Assembly: GCA_040385945.1 (NCBI GenBank)
Contig: JAZKGN010000106.1
Coordinates: 1 to 46,874, forward strand
Origin: Bacteroidota bacterium
GTDB lineage: Bacteria; Bacteroidota; Bacteroidia; Flavobacteriales; Flavobacteriaceae
Reading direction: 5' to 3'
DNA: 46,874 nucleotides
Shown here: piece after piece, positions 35,031-44,594 of the stretch
Layout of the letters: the number at the start of each line of letters is the position of its first letter
Position numbering within the stretch: position 1 is the first letter of the stretch
Translations under genes and position numbers: made by a program
Notes under the pieces: model-generated
The model's database searches: none
Seen by the model: only the letters and a program-made list of their open reading frames with translations
What the model was told of the DNA's origin: nothing

Positions 35031-36296
35031 ATGAAGGACCAAGGCGTTTCGCAAAATATTGATTGGGTAAGCATTAGCATCTATATCGCTTTGGTGATTA
35101 TGGGTTGGCTAAACATTTACTCGTCGTCGTTGTCTACAACCAGCGATGAGACCTTTATTTTCGATTCGAGTCAAATCTACGGCAAGCAGTTTTTATTCAT
35201 TTTGTTTACGATTCCACTTATTTTTATTGTGCTTTTTGTAGAAGCCAAGTTTTACGAGAAATTTGCCATTATCATTTTTGCCGTCTCCATCCTGTCGCTC
35301 ATCGGACTGTTTGTTTTTGGTAAAACTATTGCCGGACAACGCTGTTGGTATGCCATAGGAAGTTTTACCTTACAACCATCCGAATTTGCAAAAGCCGCCA
35401 CAGCTCTCGCTTTAGCAAAATACTTAAGCGATGTACAAATCAATTTAAAGAATGTAAATCGGCAAATTCAAGTACTGTTAATTGTGTTTTTACCCGTAAT
35501 GTTAATCCTCCCTCAACCCGATCCAGGAAGCGCATTAATCTATTTTGTTTTCTTTATTGTCTTGTACCGCGAAGGATTACCAGGCTGGTACTTACTCACA
35601 GGATTTATCGCCATTGTGCTTTTTGTCCTCACGCTCGCCTTTAACAATCCGTTTATCGTCATCGGAATAACAGCAATCGTATTGGTAATTAATTACCTCC
35701 GAAGTCGATTAGTAGACCGAAACATCATTGCCAGTTTGATTTTATTGGTGTTTATATCTGGATTCTCCTTCTCGGTAAATTATGTCTTTAACAATGTTTT
35801 CAAACAACACCACCGCGACCGTTTCAATATTTTATTAGGACGCGAAGTCGACATGAAAGGAATTGGATACAACACCAATCAATCGGAAATCGCCGTCGGT
35901 TCAGGAGGCTTTTTCGGAAAAGGCTATCTCGAAGGCACTCAAACCAAAGGTGGTTTCGTACCCGAACAGCACACCGATTATATATTTACTACAGTTGGTG
36001 AAGAATGGGGATTTTTAGGTTGCGTAATTGTAATTGGCTTGTTTGTCGGACTCATACTCCGCGTAATTTATTTAGCAGAAAGGCAAAAAACCAAATTCAG
36101 TCGCGTTTATGGCTATTGTGTCGCAGGCATTTTATTCATCCATTTCTTTGTCAACATCGCCATGGTTTTGGGTGTATTTCCAACCATTGGTGTGCCGTTG
36201 CCGTTCTTTTCGTATGGTGGTTCCGGGCTCTGGGGATTCACGATTTTGCTCTTCATTTTCCTTAAAATGGATGCAAATAAAGTCAATGAGTGGTAA
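35031..36296 (+). CDS. rodA: SEDS peptidoglycan polymerase RodA
   Basis: QPSEFAK, QPDPG, IAVGSGG..GKG, VPEQHTDYIF...GEEWG, PLPFFSYGGS; start MKDQ. Confidence 0.96.
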   Translation: MKDQGVSQNIDWVSISIYIALVIMGWLNIYSSSLSTTSDETFIFDSSQIYGKQFLFILFTIPLIFIVLFVEAKFYEKFAIIIFAVSILSLIGLFVFGKTIAGQRCWYAIGSFTLQPSEFAKAATALALAKYLSDVQINLKNVNRQIQVLLIVFLPVMLILPQPDPGSALIYFVFFIVLYREGLPGWYLLTGFIAIVLFVLTLAFNNPFIVIGITAIVLVINYLRSRLVDRNIIASLILLVFISGFSFSVNYVFNNVFKQHHRDRFNILLGREVDMKGIGYNTNQSEIAVGSGGFFGKGYLEGTQTKGGFVPEQHTDYIFTTVGEEWGFLGCVIVIGLFVGLILRVIYLAERQKTKFSRVYGYCVAGILFIHFFVNIAMVLGVFPTIGVPLPFFSYGGSGLWGFTILLFIFLKMDANKVNEW

Positions 36297-36299
36297 GTA

Positions 36300-36323
36300 G
36301 TCATTGCGAGGAACGTGGCAATC
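36300..36323 (+). repeat. GTCATTGCGAG...GCAATC REP-like motif
   Basis: GTCATTGCGAGGAACGTGGCAATC; a reverse-strand relative GTCATTGCGAGCTTGCGAAGCAATCTC lies at 7224-7250. Confidence 0.7.
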
Positions 36324-36324
36324 A

Positions 36325-36466
36325 GAAGCTTTATCCAGCACTCCATTCCAAAAATTATAGCCAACAACCGTTTTTGTAAAAAGCAAAAAAGCATCTACAG
36401 TCGCTTTTTTTCTTTACCAAAATCAGGTCGTTCTGCTACAATTGTTTTCCATTGCGTTCTGGGCTA
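36325..36466 (-). repeat. TAGCCC...GCWGG element, copy C, with long internal hairpin
   Basis: Minus strand TAGCCCAGAACGCAATGGAAAA-[AATTGTAGC..AACGACC..GTAAAG.AAAAAAGC / GCTTTTTT..TTTTAC..GGTTGTT.GCTATAATT]-GGAATGGAGTGCTGGATAAAGCTTC. Confidence 0.75.
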
Positions 36467-37276
36467 GTTAAAACTCCAGTTTTTATAACTACTGCTTTTC
36501 TCTAATTGGGCTTCCATTTTATCATCCAACTTCGGAAAAAAATCAATTCCTGTACGCTTTTCAATTTCATCAACCGAAACTACAAACTCATACAATGGTT
36601 TATCACTATCCACAGACGGAACTAAAAAACCAATCATTTTATAATTCCCTTTATTAGTATCCAAAATAACTTTATAAAAATACTTCGGAACAGCTACTTT
36701 TTCTTTTCCAATAGTAGCAAGTCCGTTTTCCAAAACGCCACCAGTGATTACATAAACACCATCATATTTGGTTGCCCAATAGCGTACTTTTTGTTCCAAT
36801 CGATTCCAAACGCCATCGTTAAAATCATGCTTTTGCGGCGAAATATTAGACGTCAAAAACGTTTCGTCAAAAGCGCTTTTAGAAAACTTTCTATCGCCAG
36901 CCGGACAAAGATGTCCTTTATCATAACCCGAACGCTTGTAATTGCGCCAATCGGCTGAACGTGTTTTTACCTTATTATCTTCTATAAAAAATGGACGCTC
37001 AAAATTCGCATTTGACAAATCGGTTTTCTTTAATTCATAGGCAACCCATTCGGCTTGCTCAAACTTTTCTGCATAGGATAAAGTGTAATTGTCATGAACA
37101 ACTATTTGATTGGTAGTCGATGTTGGTAAAAAATCAAAAGCCTTTTGATATTCATTTGACAATGGAACTGGTAATGAATCGTCAGAAGTTTCATTATTCT
37201 TCTTGGTGCAAGAAGTGAAAAACACCATTATCATTAGGAAGAAAAGCAATTTATTACTCAAATAATGATAGCTCAT
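36464..37276 (-). CDS. DNA/RNA non-specific endonuclease (NucA/EndA family), probable lipoprotein
   Basis: YDKGHLCPA, TFLTSNISPQ...FN.GVWNRLE, VAVPKYFYKV; lipobox FTSC (Cys23). Confidence 0.93.
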   Translation of the reverse strand: MSYHYLSNKLLFFLMIMVFFTSCTKKNNETSDDSLPVPLSNEYQKAFDFLPTSTTNQIVVHDNYTLSYAEKFEQAEWVAYELKKTDLSNANFERPFFIEDNKVKTRSADWRNYKRSGYDKGHLCPAGDRKFSKSAFDETFLTSNISPQKHDFNDGVWNRLEQKVRYWATKYDGVYVITGGVLENGLATIGKEKVAVPKYFYKVILDTNKGNYKMIGFLVPSVDSDKPLYEFVVSVDEIEKRTGIDFFPKLDDKMEAQLEKSSSYKNWSFN

Positions 37277-37328
37277 TTTAGTTTTATTTTTAAGATTTTA
37301 CTTATTGGAACAGTATTTGTAAAGTACG

Positions 37329-37336
37329 CAAATATA
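37329..37336 (-). promoter_or_regulatory. -7 box for endonuclease gene
   Basis: CAAATATA is TATATTTG on the minus strand. Confidence 0.55.
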
Positions 37337-37371
37337 AAAATAGCAATCTATTAATTTTAAAATCGTAACGA

Positions 37372-37830
37372 ATGAAAATTAAACTACTACTTACAGCACT
37401 TATTTTAGCCAGCTTTCAAAATTTTTATGCCCAAGAAAGTGCACTTCAGCCTACTGTTGACAGTTTAAAAACCAATACTGTCAATACTGAAAAAGAACTT
37501 ATAGAAAAGCAAAACAAAGAGATAAAAGAGAAATCGGAAAGACTAGAAAAAGATGCCGAAAAACTAGCCAAAGAGCAAAAGAAGTTTGAAAAAGAACAAA
37601 AACGCATCATGGCAGCTGAAAAATCAGTATCGAAATCGCAAAGTAAATTGATAAAAGAGCAAAAACAATTGGAAAAAATGCAACAAAAGCTTTCTAGAAA
37701 AAGAAACAATTATTCGCCAGTTGAGATTGAAGAAGCCAATGTTAGAATCGCTAAACAGCAATTATATCTTAAAGAAATTGAAGAAGATATTGCATCATCT
37801 CAAAAAAAGTTAAATAAAGTTAGAAGCTAA
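37372..37830 (+). CDS. Secreted Lys/Glu-rich coiled-coil hypothetical protein
   Basis: Signal peptide YA|Q; the remainder is almost entirely heptad-like and K/E/Q-rich. Confidence 0.8.
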   Translation: MKIKLLLTALILASFQNFYAQESALQPTVDSLKTNTVNTEKELIEKQNKEIKEKSERLEKDAEKLAKEQKKFEKEQKRIMAAEKSVSKSQSKLIKEQKQLEKMQQKLSRKRNNYSPVEIEEANVRIAKQQLYLKEIEEDIASSQKKLNKVRS

Positions 37831-37848
37831 TTTCAAATTTTCTGCTCC

Positions 37849-37891
37849 AAAAAAAAACTCCAAAAGCAATATACTTTTGGAGTTTTTTTTT
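37849..37891. terminator. Bidirectional intrinsic terminator
   Basis: A-tract-CTCCAAAAG-caatata-CTTTTGGAG-T-tract between convergent genes. Confidence 0.88.
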
Positions 37892-37899
37892 GTCATTTA

Positions 37900-40173
37900 T
37901 TATGACTTTATCTGTTTTTCTTTTTTAACTGCGGTCAATCCTTTCTTCACTGTATTTCCGCCTTTCAAATCATCCAAGATATTCAAGGCCTCTTCTACAT
38001 AAATATCTTTAGACAAACTTTGAAACCAATCTTCTCTCTTTTCTTTAAGAGTAGCATCGGTTTTCATCAACTCCGTTTCGTAAGGTAAGGAAGTAAACGG
38101 CAACTTATTGGTATAATCCGATAGCGTTTTGTATTTTTTACTCGCTTCTTCTAATTTCTTTTGCTCGCTTTTAAACTTGTCAATTTGCAAACTGTACACA
38201 TTTACTTTGTTTCTTTCATCCACCCATTTGGCATTTTCATCAATCAATTTCATTTGCGGATTGGTTTCTATTCGCTTTTTACTGTTGGCTACTGCTTTGT
38301 CAAAATTATTTGCTTTGTTCCATAACGTATATTCGGCAGCATCAATTTTATCCCAAGCCATAGCGTTGTCTGTATCGCGTTCACCCATTTTTAAGTAAGC
38401 AAAACGGTCTGGCATTACAACATCGCTGGCAACACCTTCTAATTGCGTTGAACCACCATTGATTCTGTAAAATTTTTGTGTGGTTGTTTTTAAAGCGCCT
38501 AAATCGCCTACATCACTTCCTCGTACAAATTGATTCAAATCGAATACATTTTGAACTGTACCTTTTCCGTAGGTTTGCTTGCTTCCAATAACAATGGCTC
38601 TTTTATAATCTTGCATTGCTGCAGCTAAAATTTCTGAAGCTGAAGCCGAAAATTCATTCACCATAATAACTAACGGTCCATCCCATTTTACAGTTTCATC
38701 GTGATCAAACAACACTTCTTTTTTACCTGTAGCCGATTTGATTTGAACAATTGGTCCTTTTTCGATAAACAATCCAGCAATATCAACAACCGTTTTTAAC
38801 GAACCACCACCATTATCTCTAACGTCCATAATGATTCCTTGAACACCTGCATTTTTCAATCGCTCTACTTCCAACGCCACATCTTTTCCAGCATCTCTGC
38901 TGTTTTTATCTTCAAAATCAATGTAGAATTTAGGCAAATAAATAACACCATATTTGCCGCCATCTCTTTCAATAATACTCGATTTTGCGTAGGTTTCTTC
39001 AATTTCTACCTCATCTCTAATTATGGGTATTATTTTTATGGTTCCGTCTGCTTTCTTAACCGTCAATCGAACTTCGGTTCCTTTTGGTCCTTTGATTTTT
39101 TTAACCACATCATCCAAACGCATTCCAACTACTTCAATCGGTTCACCGTCACCTTGTGCAACTTTAAGAACCACATCACCTGCTTCTAATTCTTTTCCTC
39201 TCCAAGCTGGACCTCCAGAAATCAATTCGGTGATTTCCGTAAAATCATTTTTCTTTTGTAAACGAGCTCCAATTCCTTCTAATTTTCCACTCATGCTTAC
39301 ATCAAAACGTTCTTTTTCATCAGGTGCAAAATACGATGTGTGTGGATCAAATCGAGAAGCAATAGCATTAATGTATACAGAAAACCAATCAGATCTGTCT
39401 AAATCTTTGATAAATCCGAAGTATTCATTCAGCGATTTTAAACTGCTTTCGCGACTTTCTTTTTCAAGTTCATCGTTTGTTTTTGGGGCTTCATTTTCGA
39501 CTTTACTAACACTTTCCAAGAATTTAGTTTCCATCTCAGGCGTAATTTTGTCACCTAATTTTTCTTTGTATTCATTCAGCCTATCTTGAGGCGTTTTGTT
39601 TTTGTTTTTGATTTTATCTTCCTCTAATTTTTGTTTGTCAACATAGGTTGCCAACGTAGACAACTTCACTTGTTGACGCCATTTTTCTTTTAGTTCACCA
39701 ATCGATTTTGCATACGGTAATTTTTCATAATCGGTATTGAACGACTCATCAATGGTATAATCAAATGGTTTGTCAAGAATGTCTTTGTAAAACGATTTTG
39801 TTTCTTCCATTCTTTTCATCAATCGCGTGTAGGTCAAATCAAAGAAAGTCAATTCCTTTGCATTGATTTGGTCGTCTAATTTCAATTCGTATTTTGAAAA
39901 TTCATCGATATCCGATTGCAAAAAGAAACGTTTTGAAGGGTCAAGCGCTGCTATATAATCTTTGTAAATTCCTTTGGATAAATTATCGTCAATTACAGCT
40001 GGATTGTAATGTCCTTTTTCAAGCACATATGCCAAAAGTTCTAACAATAGTTTGTCTTTTTCTGGATCGCCTTTGTCTACTTTCGGAATAAAACTCCACA
40101 ATCCTACTGATATAGCTAATACTATAAGCAGTACTTTATAGTTCCTTTTCATAAATTTGAGTATTGTATTCAT
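37900..40173 (-). CDS. prc: Carboxy-terminal processing protease (S41, Prc/Tsp)
   Basis: DPHTSYF, LEGIGARL (PDZ), DVRDNGGGSL, SASASEILA (Ser), TYGKGTVQ (Lys), STQLEGV. Alternative start at 40152. Confidence 0.93.
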   Translation of the reverse strand: MNTILKFMKRNYKVLLIVLAISVGLWSFIPKVDKGDPEKDKLLLELLAYVLEKGHYNPAVIDDNLSKGIYKDYIAALDPSKRFFLQSDIDEFSKYELKLDDQINAKELTFFDLTYTRLMKRMEETKSFYKDILDKPFDYTIDESFNTDYEKLPYAKSIGELKEKWRQQVKLSTLATYVDKQKLEEDKIKNKNKTPQDRLNEYKEKLGDKITPEMETKFLESVSKVENEAPKTNDELEKESRESSLKSLNEYFGFIKDLDRSDWFSVYINAIASRFDPHTSYFAPDEKERFDVSMSGKLEGIGARLQKKNDFTEITELISGGPAWRGKELEAGDVVLKVAQGDGEPIEVVGMRLDDVVKKIKGPKGTEVRLTVKKADGTIKIIPIIRDEVEIEETYAKSSIIERDGGKYGVIYLPKFYIDFEDKNSRDAGKDVALEVERLKNAGVQGIIMDVRDNGGGSLKTVVDIAGLFIEKGPIVQIKSATGKKEVLFDHDETVKWDGPLVIMVNEFSASASEILAAAMQDYKRAIVIGSKQTYGKGTVQNVFDLNQFVRGSDVGDLGALKTTTQKFYRINGGSTQLEGVASDVVMPDRFAYLKMGERDTDNAMAWDKIDAAEYTLWNKANNFDKAVANSKKRIETNPQMKLIDENAKWVDERNKVNVYSLQIDKFKSEQKKLEEASKKYKTLSDYTNKLPFTSLPYETELMKTDATLKEKREDWFQSLSKDIYVEEALNILDDLKGGNTVKKGLTAVKKEKQIKS

Positions 40174-40320
40174 TAATTTTTAACTAAATTAGTAAAAAAC
40201 CATGCCATTATAATCTTGATGTGCATAATTTTTTGTTAAAACAAAATTTCAATCGTTTATTTTCTTTTTTGAAAGTATCAAAGTTATGAAATTTGTCATG
40301 TAATACGTATCAAAAATACC

Positions 40321-40328
40321 TACTTTTG
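40321..40328 (+). promoter_or_regulatory. -7 box for surE-lpxB operon
   Basis: TACTTTTG 21 bp upstream of ATG 40350. Confidence 0.6.
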
Positions 40329-40349
40329 TTACAACATTATCATTTTTTT

Positions 40350-41126
40350 ATGTCAAAAAAACCATTGATTCTTGTCACCAATGACGATAGCATAACGGCT
40401 CCGGGAATCCGCGCTTTAATTGAAGTAATGGCGCAATTGGGAAATGTTGTTGTTGTAGCGCCAGACAGTCCGCAAAGCGCTATGGGACATGCCATCACAA
40501 TAAACAGCACTTTACAAATTAATAAAATCTCTAAAGAAAATGATGCGATTTTAGAATACAGTTGCTCTGGAACTCCCGTAGATTGTGTGAAAATTGCTGT
40601 CCATGAAATTTTAAAGCAAAAACCCGATTTGTGTGTTTCGGGGATCAATCATGGTTCCAATTCTTCAATAAATGTGATTTACTCGGGAACGATGAGTGCT
40701 GCTGTTGAAGCCGGAATTGAAGGCATTCCTGCCATTGGTTTCTCGCTATTGGATTATAATTGGGATGCCAATTTTAACGAAATTAAATCCTATGTAAAAA
40801 AAATAGCTGAAGAAGTTTTAAAAAACAAACTTCCAGAAGGTGTGGTTTTAAATGTTAATTTTCCGAAACTTTTAGAAAGTGAAATCAAAGGCATTAAGGT
40901 GTGTCGACAAGCAAAAGCCATTTGGGAAGAAAAATTTGACAAACGACAATCGCCAATTGGAAAAGACTACTATTGGCTTTCGGGCGAATTTGTCAATTTG
41001 GACAAAGGTGAAGATACCGATGAATGGGCATTGGCAAATGGGTACATTTCGATGGTTCCTGTGCAATTTGATTTGACTGCACATCACGCCATTCAGACTT
41101 TGAACAGTTGGGATTTAAAAAAATAA
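40350..41126 (+). CDS. surE: 5'/3'-nucleotidase SurE
   Basis: ILVTNDD...APGI, VVAP...QS, GTPVDCV, VSGINHGSN, YSGT. Confidence 0.96.
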   Translation: MSKKPLILVTNDDSITAPGIRALIEVMAQLGNVVVVAPDSPQSAMGHAITINSTLQINKISKENDAILEYSCSGTPVDCVKIAVHEILKQKPDLCVSGINHGSNSSINVIYSGTMSAAVEAGIEGIPAIGFSLLDYNWDANFNEIKSYVKKIAEEVLKNKLPEGVVLNVNFPKLLESEIKGIKVCRQAKAIWEEKFDKRQSPIGKDYYWLSGEFVNLDKGEDTDEWALANGYISMVPVQFDLTAHHAIQTLNSWDLKK

Positions 41127-41135
41127 CGTCAGAAC

Positions 41136-41408
41136 ATGGAAAAAAAAGCATTATTTTTTGGATTTATTATTGGAATTGTTGCCGCTACTATAGGCGCTTT
41201 TCTTTTTGTTAGTATTTTTACTGAGTACAATTTATTTACCGATTTTCAAGTTTTGAGATACGTAGGCATTTTAGGAAAAATCATGACTTTAGGTGCTATT
41301 CTAAATGTAGTTGCCTTTTTTATTTTAATTAAAATGAAGCGTGAATTTATGGCTCGTGGTGTCGTTTTAGCCACAATTGTTCTAACCCTAATTACCTTGT
41401 TTTTATAA
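41136..41408 (+). CDS. Small three-TM hypothetical membrane protein
   Basis: 90 aa with three hydrophobic segments; its stop overlaps the lpxB start (TAATG). Confidence 0.78.
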   Translation: MEKKALFFGFIIGIVAATIGAFLFVSIFTEYNLFTDFQVLRYVGILGKIMTLGAILNVVAFFILIKMKREFMARGVVLATIVLTLITLFL

Positions 41409-42520
41409 TGAAATATTACATTATTGCTGGAGAAGCATCGGGTGATTTACACGGTTCCAATTTGATGAAAGCATTGTTAAAAGAAGATACTAATGCCAAC
41501 ATCCGATTTTGGGGAGGCGATTTGATGCAGGAAGTTGGCGGAACCTTAGTCAAGCACTATCGTGACTTGGCTTTTATGGGGTTTGCCGAAGTGGTGATGA
41601 ATTTGAAAACCATTTTTAGCAACATCAAAGCGTGTAAAACAGATATTGAGCAGTTCAATCCTGATGTAATAATTTTTATAGATTATCCTGGTTTTAACAT
41701 GCGAATTGCGAAATGGGCAAAACAAAAAGGCATTAAAACACATTATTATATTTCACCTCAAATATGGGCTTGGAAAGAAAATAGAATTACCGCTATCAAA
41801 CGTGATTTTGATAAATTATATGTTATTCTTCCGTTTGAAAAAGATTTTTATGAGAAGAAACACCACTTTCCTGTTGAGTTTGTAGGCCATCCGTTAATTG
41901 ACGCCATCCACAATCGAAAACCAATTGATGCTAGCGTTTTTAGAACCGAGAACCAACTCGACGACAAACCCATCATTGCCATTTTGCCTGGAAGTCGAAA
42001 ACAGGAAATTTCAAAAATGCTTGCAGTAATGCTAAGTGTGGCGACTGAATTTCCAGAATATCAATTCGTAATTGCTGGTGCTCCAAGTCAGGAATATGCC
42101 TTTTACGAACCGTTTTTATCCAATCCGAACGTAAAATTTATTTCGAATAAAACCTATGATTTGCTCAGCAATGCCACTGCAGCTTTGGTAACGTCAGGAA
42201 CGGCAACCTTAGAAACCGCACTGTTTAAAGTCCCAGAAGTGGTATGCTACAAAGGCAATTGGATTTCCTACCAAATTGCAAAACGCATCATTACGTTGAA
42301 GTACATTTCGCTCGTAAACCTTATCATGGACGAAGAAGTGGTAACCGAATTAATTCAAGATGATTGCAACAGCAAACGAATCAAACAAGAACTTTCTCAA
42401 ATTTTGAATCCCAATTCAAGACAAAAAATGCTTGAAAAGTACAACGAATTGGAGCAAAAGTTAGGTGGAATCGGTGCCAGCCAAAAAACAGCCCATTTGA
42501 TTGTTGAAAATCTGAAATAG
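41408..42520 (+). CDS. lpxB: Lipid-A-disaccharide synthase
   Basis: IAGEASGDLHG, IDYPGFN, YISPQIWAW, FVGHP, LPGSR, SGTATLE. Confidence 0.97.
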   Translation: MKYYIIAGEASGDLHGSNLMKALLKEDTNANIRFWGGDLMQEVGGTLVKHYRDLAFMGFAEVVMNLKTIFSNIKACKTDIEQFNPDVIIFIDYPGFNMRIAKWAKQKGIKTHYYISPQIWAWKENRITAIKRDFDKLYVILPFEKDFYEKKHHFPVEFVGHPLIDAIHNRKPIDASVFRTENQLDDKPIIAILPGSRKQEISKMLAVMLSVATEFPEYQFVIAGAPSQEYAFYEPFLSNPNVKFISNKTYDLLSNATAALVTSGTATLETALFKVPEVVCYKGNWISYQIAKRIITLKYISLVNLIMDEEVVTELIQDDCNSKRIKQELSQILNPNSRQKMLEKYNELEQKLGGIGASQKTAHLIVENLK

Positions 42521-42572
42521 ATTTTTTATCTTTAGCATTATTTAAACGCCATACATACTATTACACGCCACA

Positions 42573-44594
42573 ATGAAAGTACTACAGTTTCCTCTAGTAA
42601 GGATTACGCTATTTTTTGTATTCGGAATCCTCGTTGCTCAAAACATAAAACCCAAACTCAATTGGGTTATTATTGCTTTATTTCTTGCCTTTTTTTCGTT
42701 GATTTTCAGTTATTTTTTCTTTAAACAAAGACAAAAAAAACCTTTCATCTTTGGAATTCTAACCTTAGTAATTTCTTTTTTAGTCGGGATTTTTACTTTG
42801 ATAAATTCCATACAAACCAACAATCCCAATCATTATTTACATCAACTGAAAGAACCTGAAAAAAACTGTTTAGCAACCATTATCATCAAAGAAAAATTAA
42901 AAACTTCGGCAAATTTTGATCGCTATGTTGCGCAGCTTTTGCAACTCAACAGCACCAAAAGCTACGGAAAAGTCGTTGTCAATATAAAACGAAATAACAC
43001 TTCACAACCAATAGATTTTGGAACACATTTGAAAGTCAACGGTACGCTTTCCAAAAACAAAAAACCAAATAATCCAAATCAGTTTGATTATGCTCATTAT
43101 TTGGAAAACCAACAAATTTACGGTCAATTGTATACCGATTACAGCAAGGTAAAAACAAGTGCTTTTGCTAACAAATCAGTTTCGTATTATGCGAGTAAAC
43201 TACGCAACAAAATCATCCATAATTTAGAGAAAAACCATTTCAACAAAACCGAATTGAGTGTGGTAATTGCCTTACTATTAGGGCAACAACAAGACATTTC
43301 ACAGGAAGTCATTCGCGATTATCAATACGCTGGAGCGATTCATATTTTATCGGTTTCGGGTTTGCACGTGGGATTGATTTTGCTTTTTATCACGTTTCTT
43401 TTAAAACCCATTCCCAACACTCGAAGAAATTCTTTTATAAAACTTATCGTTGTTGTTTTGTCACTTTGGGGATTCGGAATCTTGGCTGGGCTGACTCCTT
43501 CTGTGGTTCGCTCTGTAACGATGTTTTCTTTTGTAGCTATCGGAATGTTCTTACGGCGAAGCGTCAATATTTACCACACGCTTTTGGTTTCGGTGTTGCT
43601 TATTTTGCTTTTTCAACCTTCGTTTTTGTTCGACATCGGATTTCAATTGAGTTACATCGCTTTGTTTTTTATTGTTTGGTTACAACCTTTTTTAGCCGCT
43701 ATTTGGATTCCGAAAAATAAAATCATCACTTACTTTTGGGACATTATTACGGTTTCTTTTGCGGCTCAAATAGGCACTTTGCCGTTGAGTCTTTATTATT
43801 TTCATCAATTTCCAGGTTTGTTTTTTGTGACGAATTTGGTGGTGCTTCCAATGTTGAGTTTCATTTTAGGAATGGGAGTTGTTGTTATGATTTTGGCAAG
43901 TTTTGATATTGTTTGGATTCCTCTTTTGAAAGTGTTGGAAGGAAGCATTTTAATTCTAAACAAAATCATCCATTGGGTCGCTTCCTTTGAAGGTTTTATA
44001 ATTAAAGACATTTCGGTCAATTGGTTAATGATGTTAACGAGTTACTTACTTATTTTTAGTTTGATTATTTGGTGGATGCAACCTAACTTTAAAAAATTGG
44101 TCTTTGGTTTAACCGTCGTAATTTTATTGCAATTGATTACCCTTCAAACTACCTACTCCAATAAAAAGCAAGAGGAATTCATCGTATTTCACAGAAAGAA
44201 AAAAACGCTTATTACTGAAAGAAATGGCACTCAAGTGAAAGTTTATACTAATGAAGATGCCTTAGAAATTTCGCCATTGAAATCGTATTTAGTAGCCAAT
44301 TTTTGTATCATTCAAAAGAAACAATCGCTTTCTAAACTGTATTACTTTAACGACACTAAAATACTTTTGATGGATAGCCTGGCACTTTATGAAGGAATAG
44401 AAAAACCCGATGTGTTGTTACTGACTAATTCTCCGAAAGTAAATTTGGAGCGACTTTTCAAGTTGTGGAAACCCAGCCAAGTAGTAGTTGATGCGTCCAA
44501 TTTTAAGTCGTATGTAAAACTGTGGAAAGTAACTTGTAGAAAAGAAAAAATCCCTTTTCACGATACTTCAGAAAAGGGATATTATAAATTGTAA
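42573..44594 (+). CDS. comEC: ComEC/Rec2 family competence protein
   Basis: NPNQFDY OB-like domain, HILSVSGLHVG, PSVVRS, GFQLSY; the C-terminal beta-lactamase-like part lacks recognisable metal ligands. Confidence 0.92.
   Translation: MKVLQFPLVRITLFFVFGILVAQNIKPKLNWVIIALFLAFFSLIFSYFFFKQRQKKPFIFGILTLVISFLVGIFTLINSIQTNNPNHYLHQLKEPEKNCLATIIIKEKLKTSANFDRYVAQLLQLNSTKSYGKVVVNIKRNNTSQPIDFGTHLKVNGTLSKNKKPNNPNQFDYAHYLENQQIYGQLYTDYSKVKTSAFANKSVSYYASKLRNKIIHNLEKNHFNKTELSVVIALLLGQQQDISQEVIRDYQYAGAIHILSVSGLHVGLILLFITFLLKPIPNTRRNSFIKLIVVVLSLWGFGILAGLTPSVVRSVTMFSFVAIGMFLRRSVNIYHTLLVSVLLILLFQPSFLFDIGFQLSYIALFFIVWLQPFLAAIWIPKNKIITYFWDIITVSFAAQIGTLPLSLYYFHQFPGLFFVTNLVVLPMLSFILGMGVVVMILASFDIVWIPLLKVLEGSILILNKIIHWVASFEGFIIKDISVNWLMMLTSYLLIFSLIIWWMQPNFKKLVFGLTVVILLQLITLQTTYSNKKQEEFIVFHRKKKTLITERNGTQVKVYTNEDALEISPLKSYLVANFCIIQKKQSLSKLYYFNDTKILLMDSLALYEGIEKPDVLLLTNSPKVNLERLFKLWKPSQVVVDASNFKSYVKLWKVTCRKEKIPFHDTSEKGYYKL

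Noticed and set aside
39023-39589. 188-aa antisense ORF inside prc
   Set aside because: The Ser/Phe-rich composition mirrors Glu/Lys codons of the sense strand, so it is a shadow ORF.
36464-44594. Nuclease + surE + comEC as a DNA-uptake/catabolism cluster
   Set aside because: Different strands and transcription units interleaved with prc and lpxB; consistent with ordinary Flavobacterium gene order.
44150-44594. comEC as a pseudogene because the beta-lactamase domain is degenerate
   Set aside because: The frame is intact, and ComEC proteins lacking a functional MBL domain are common.
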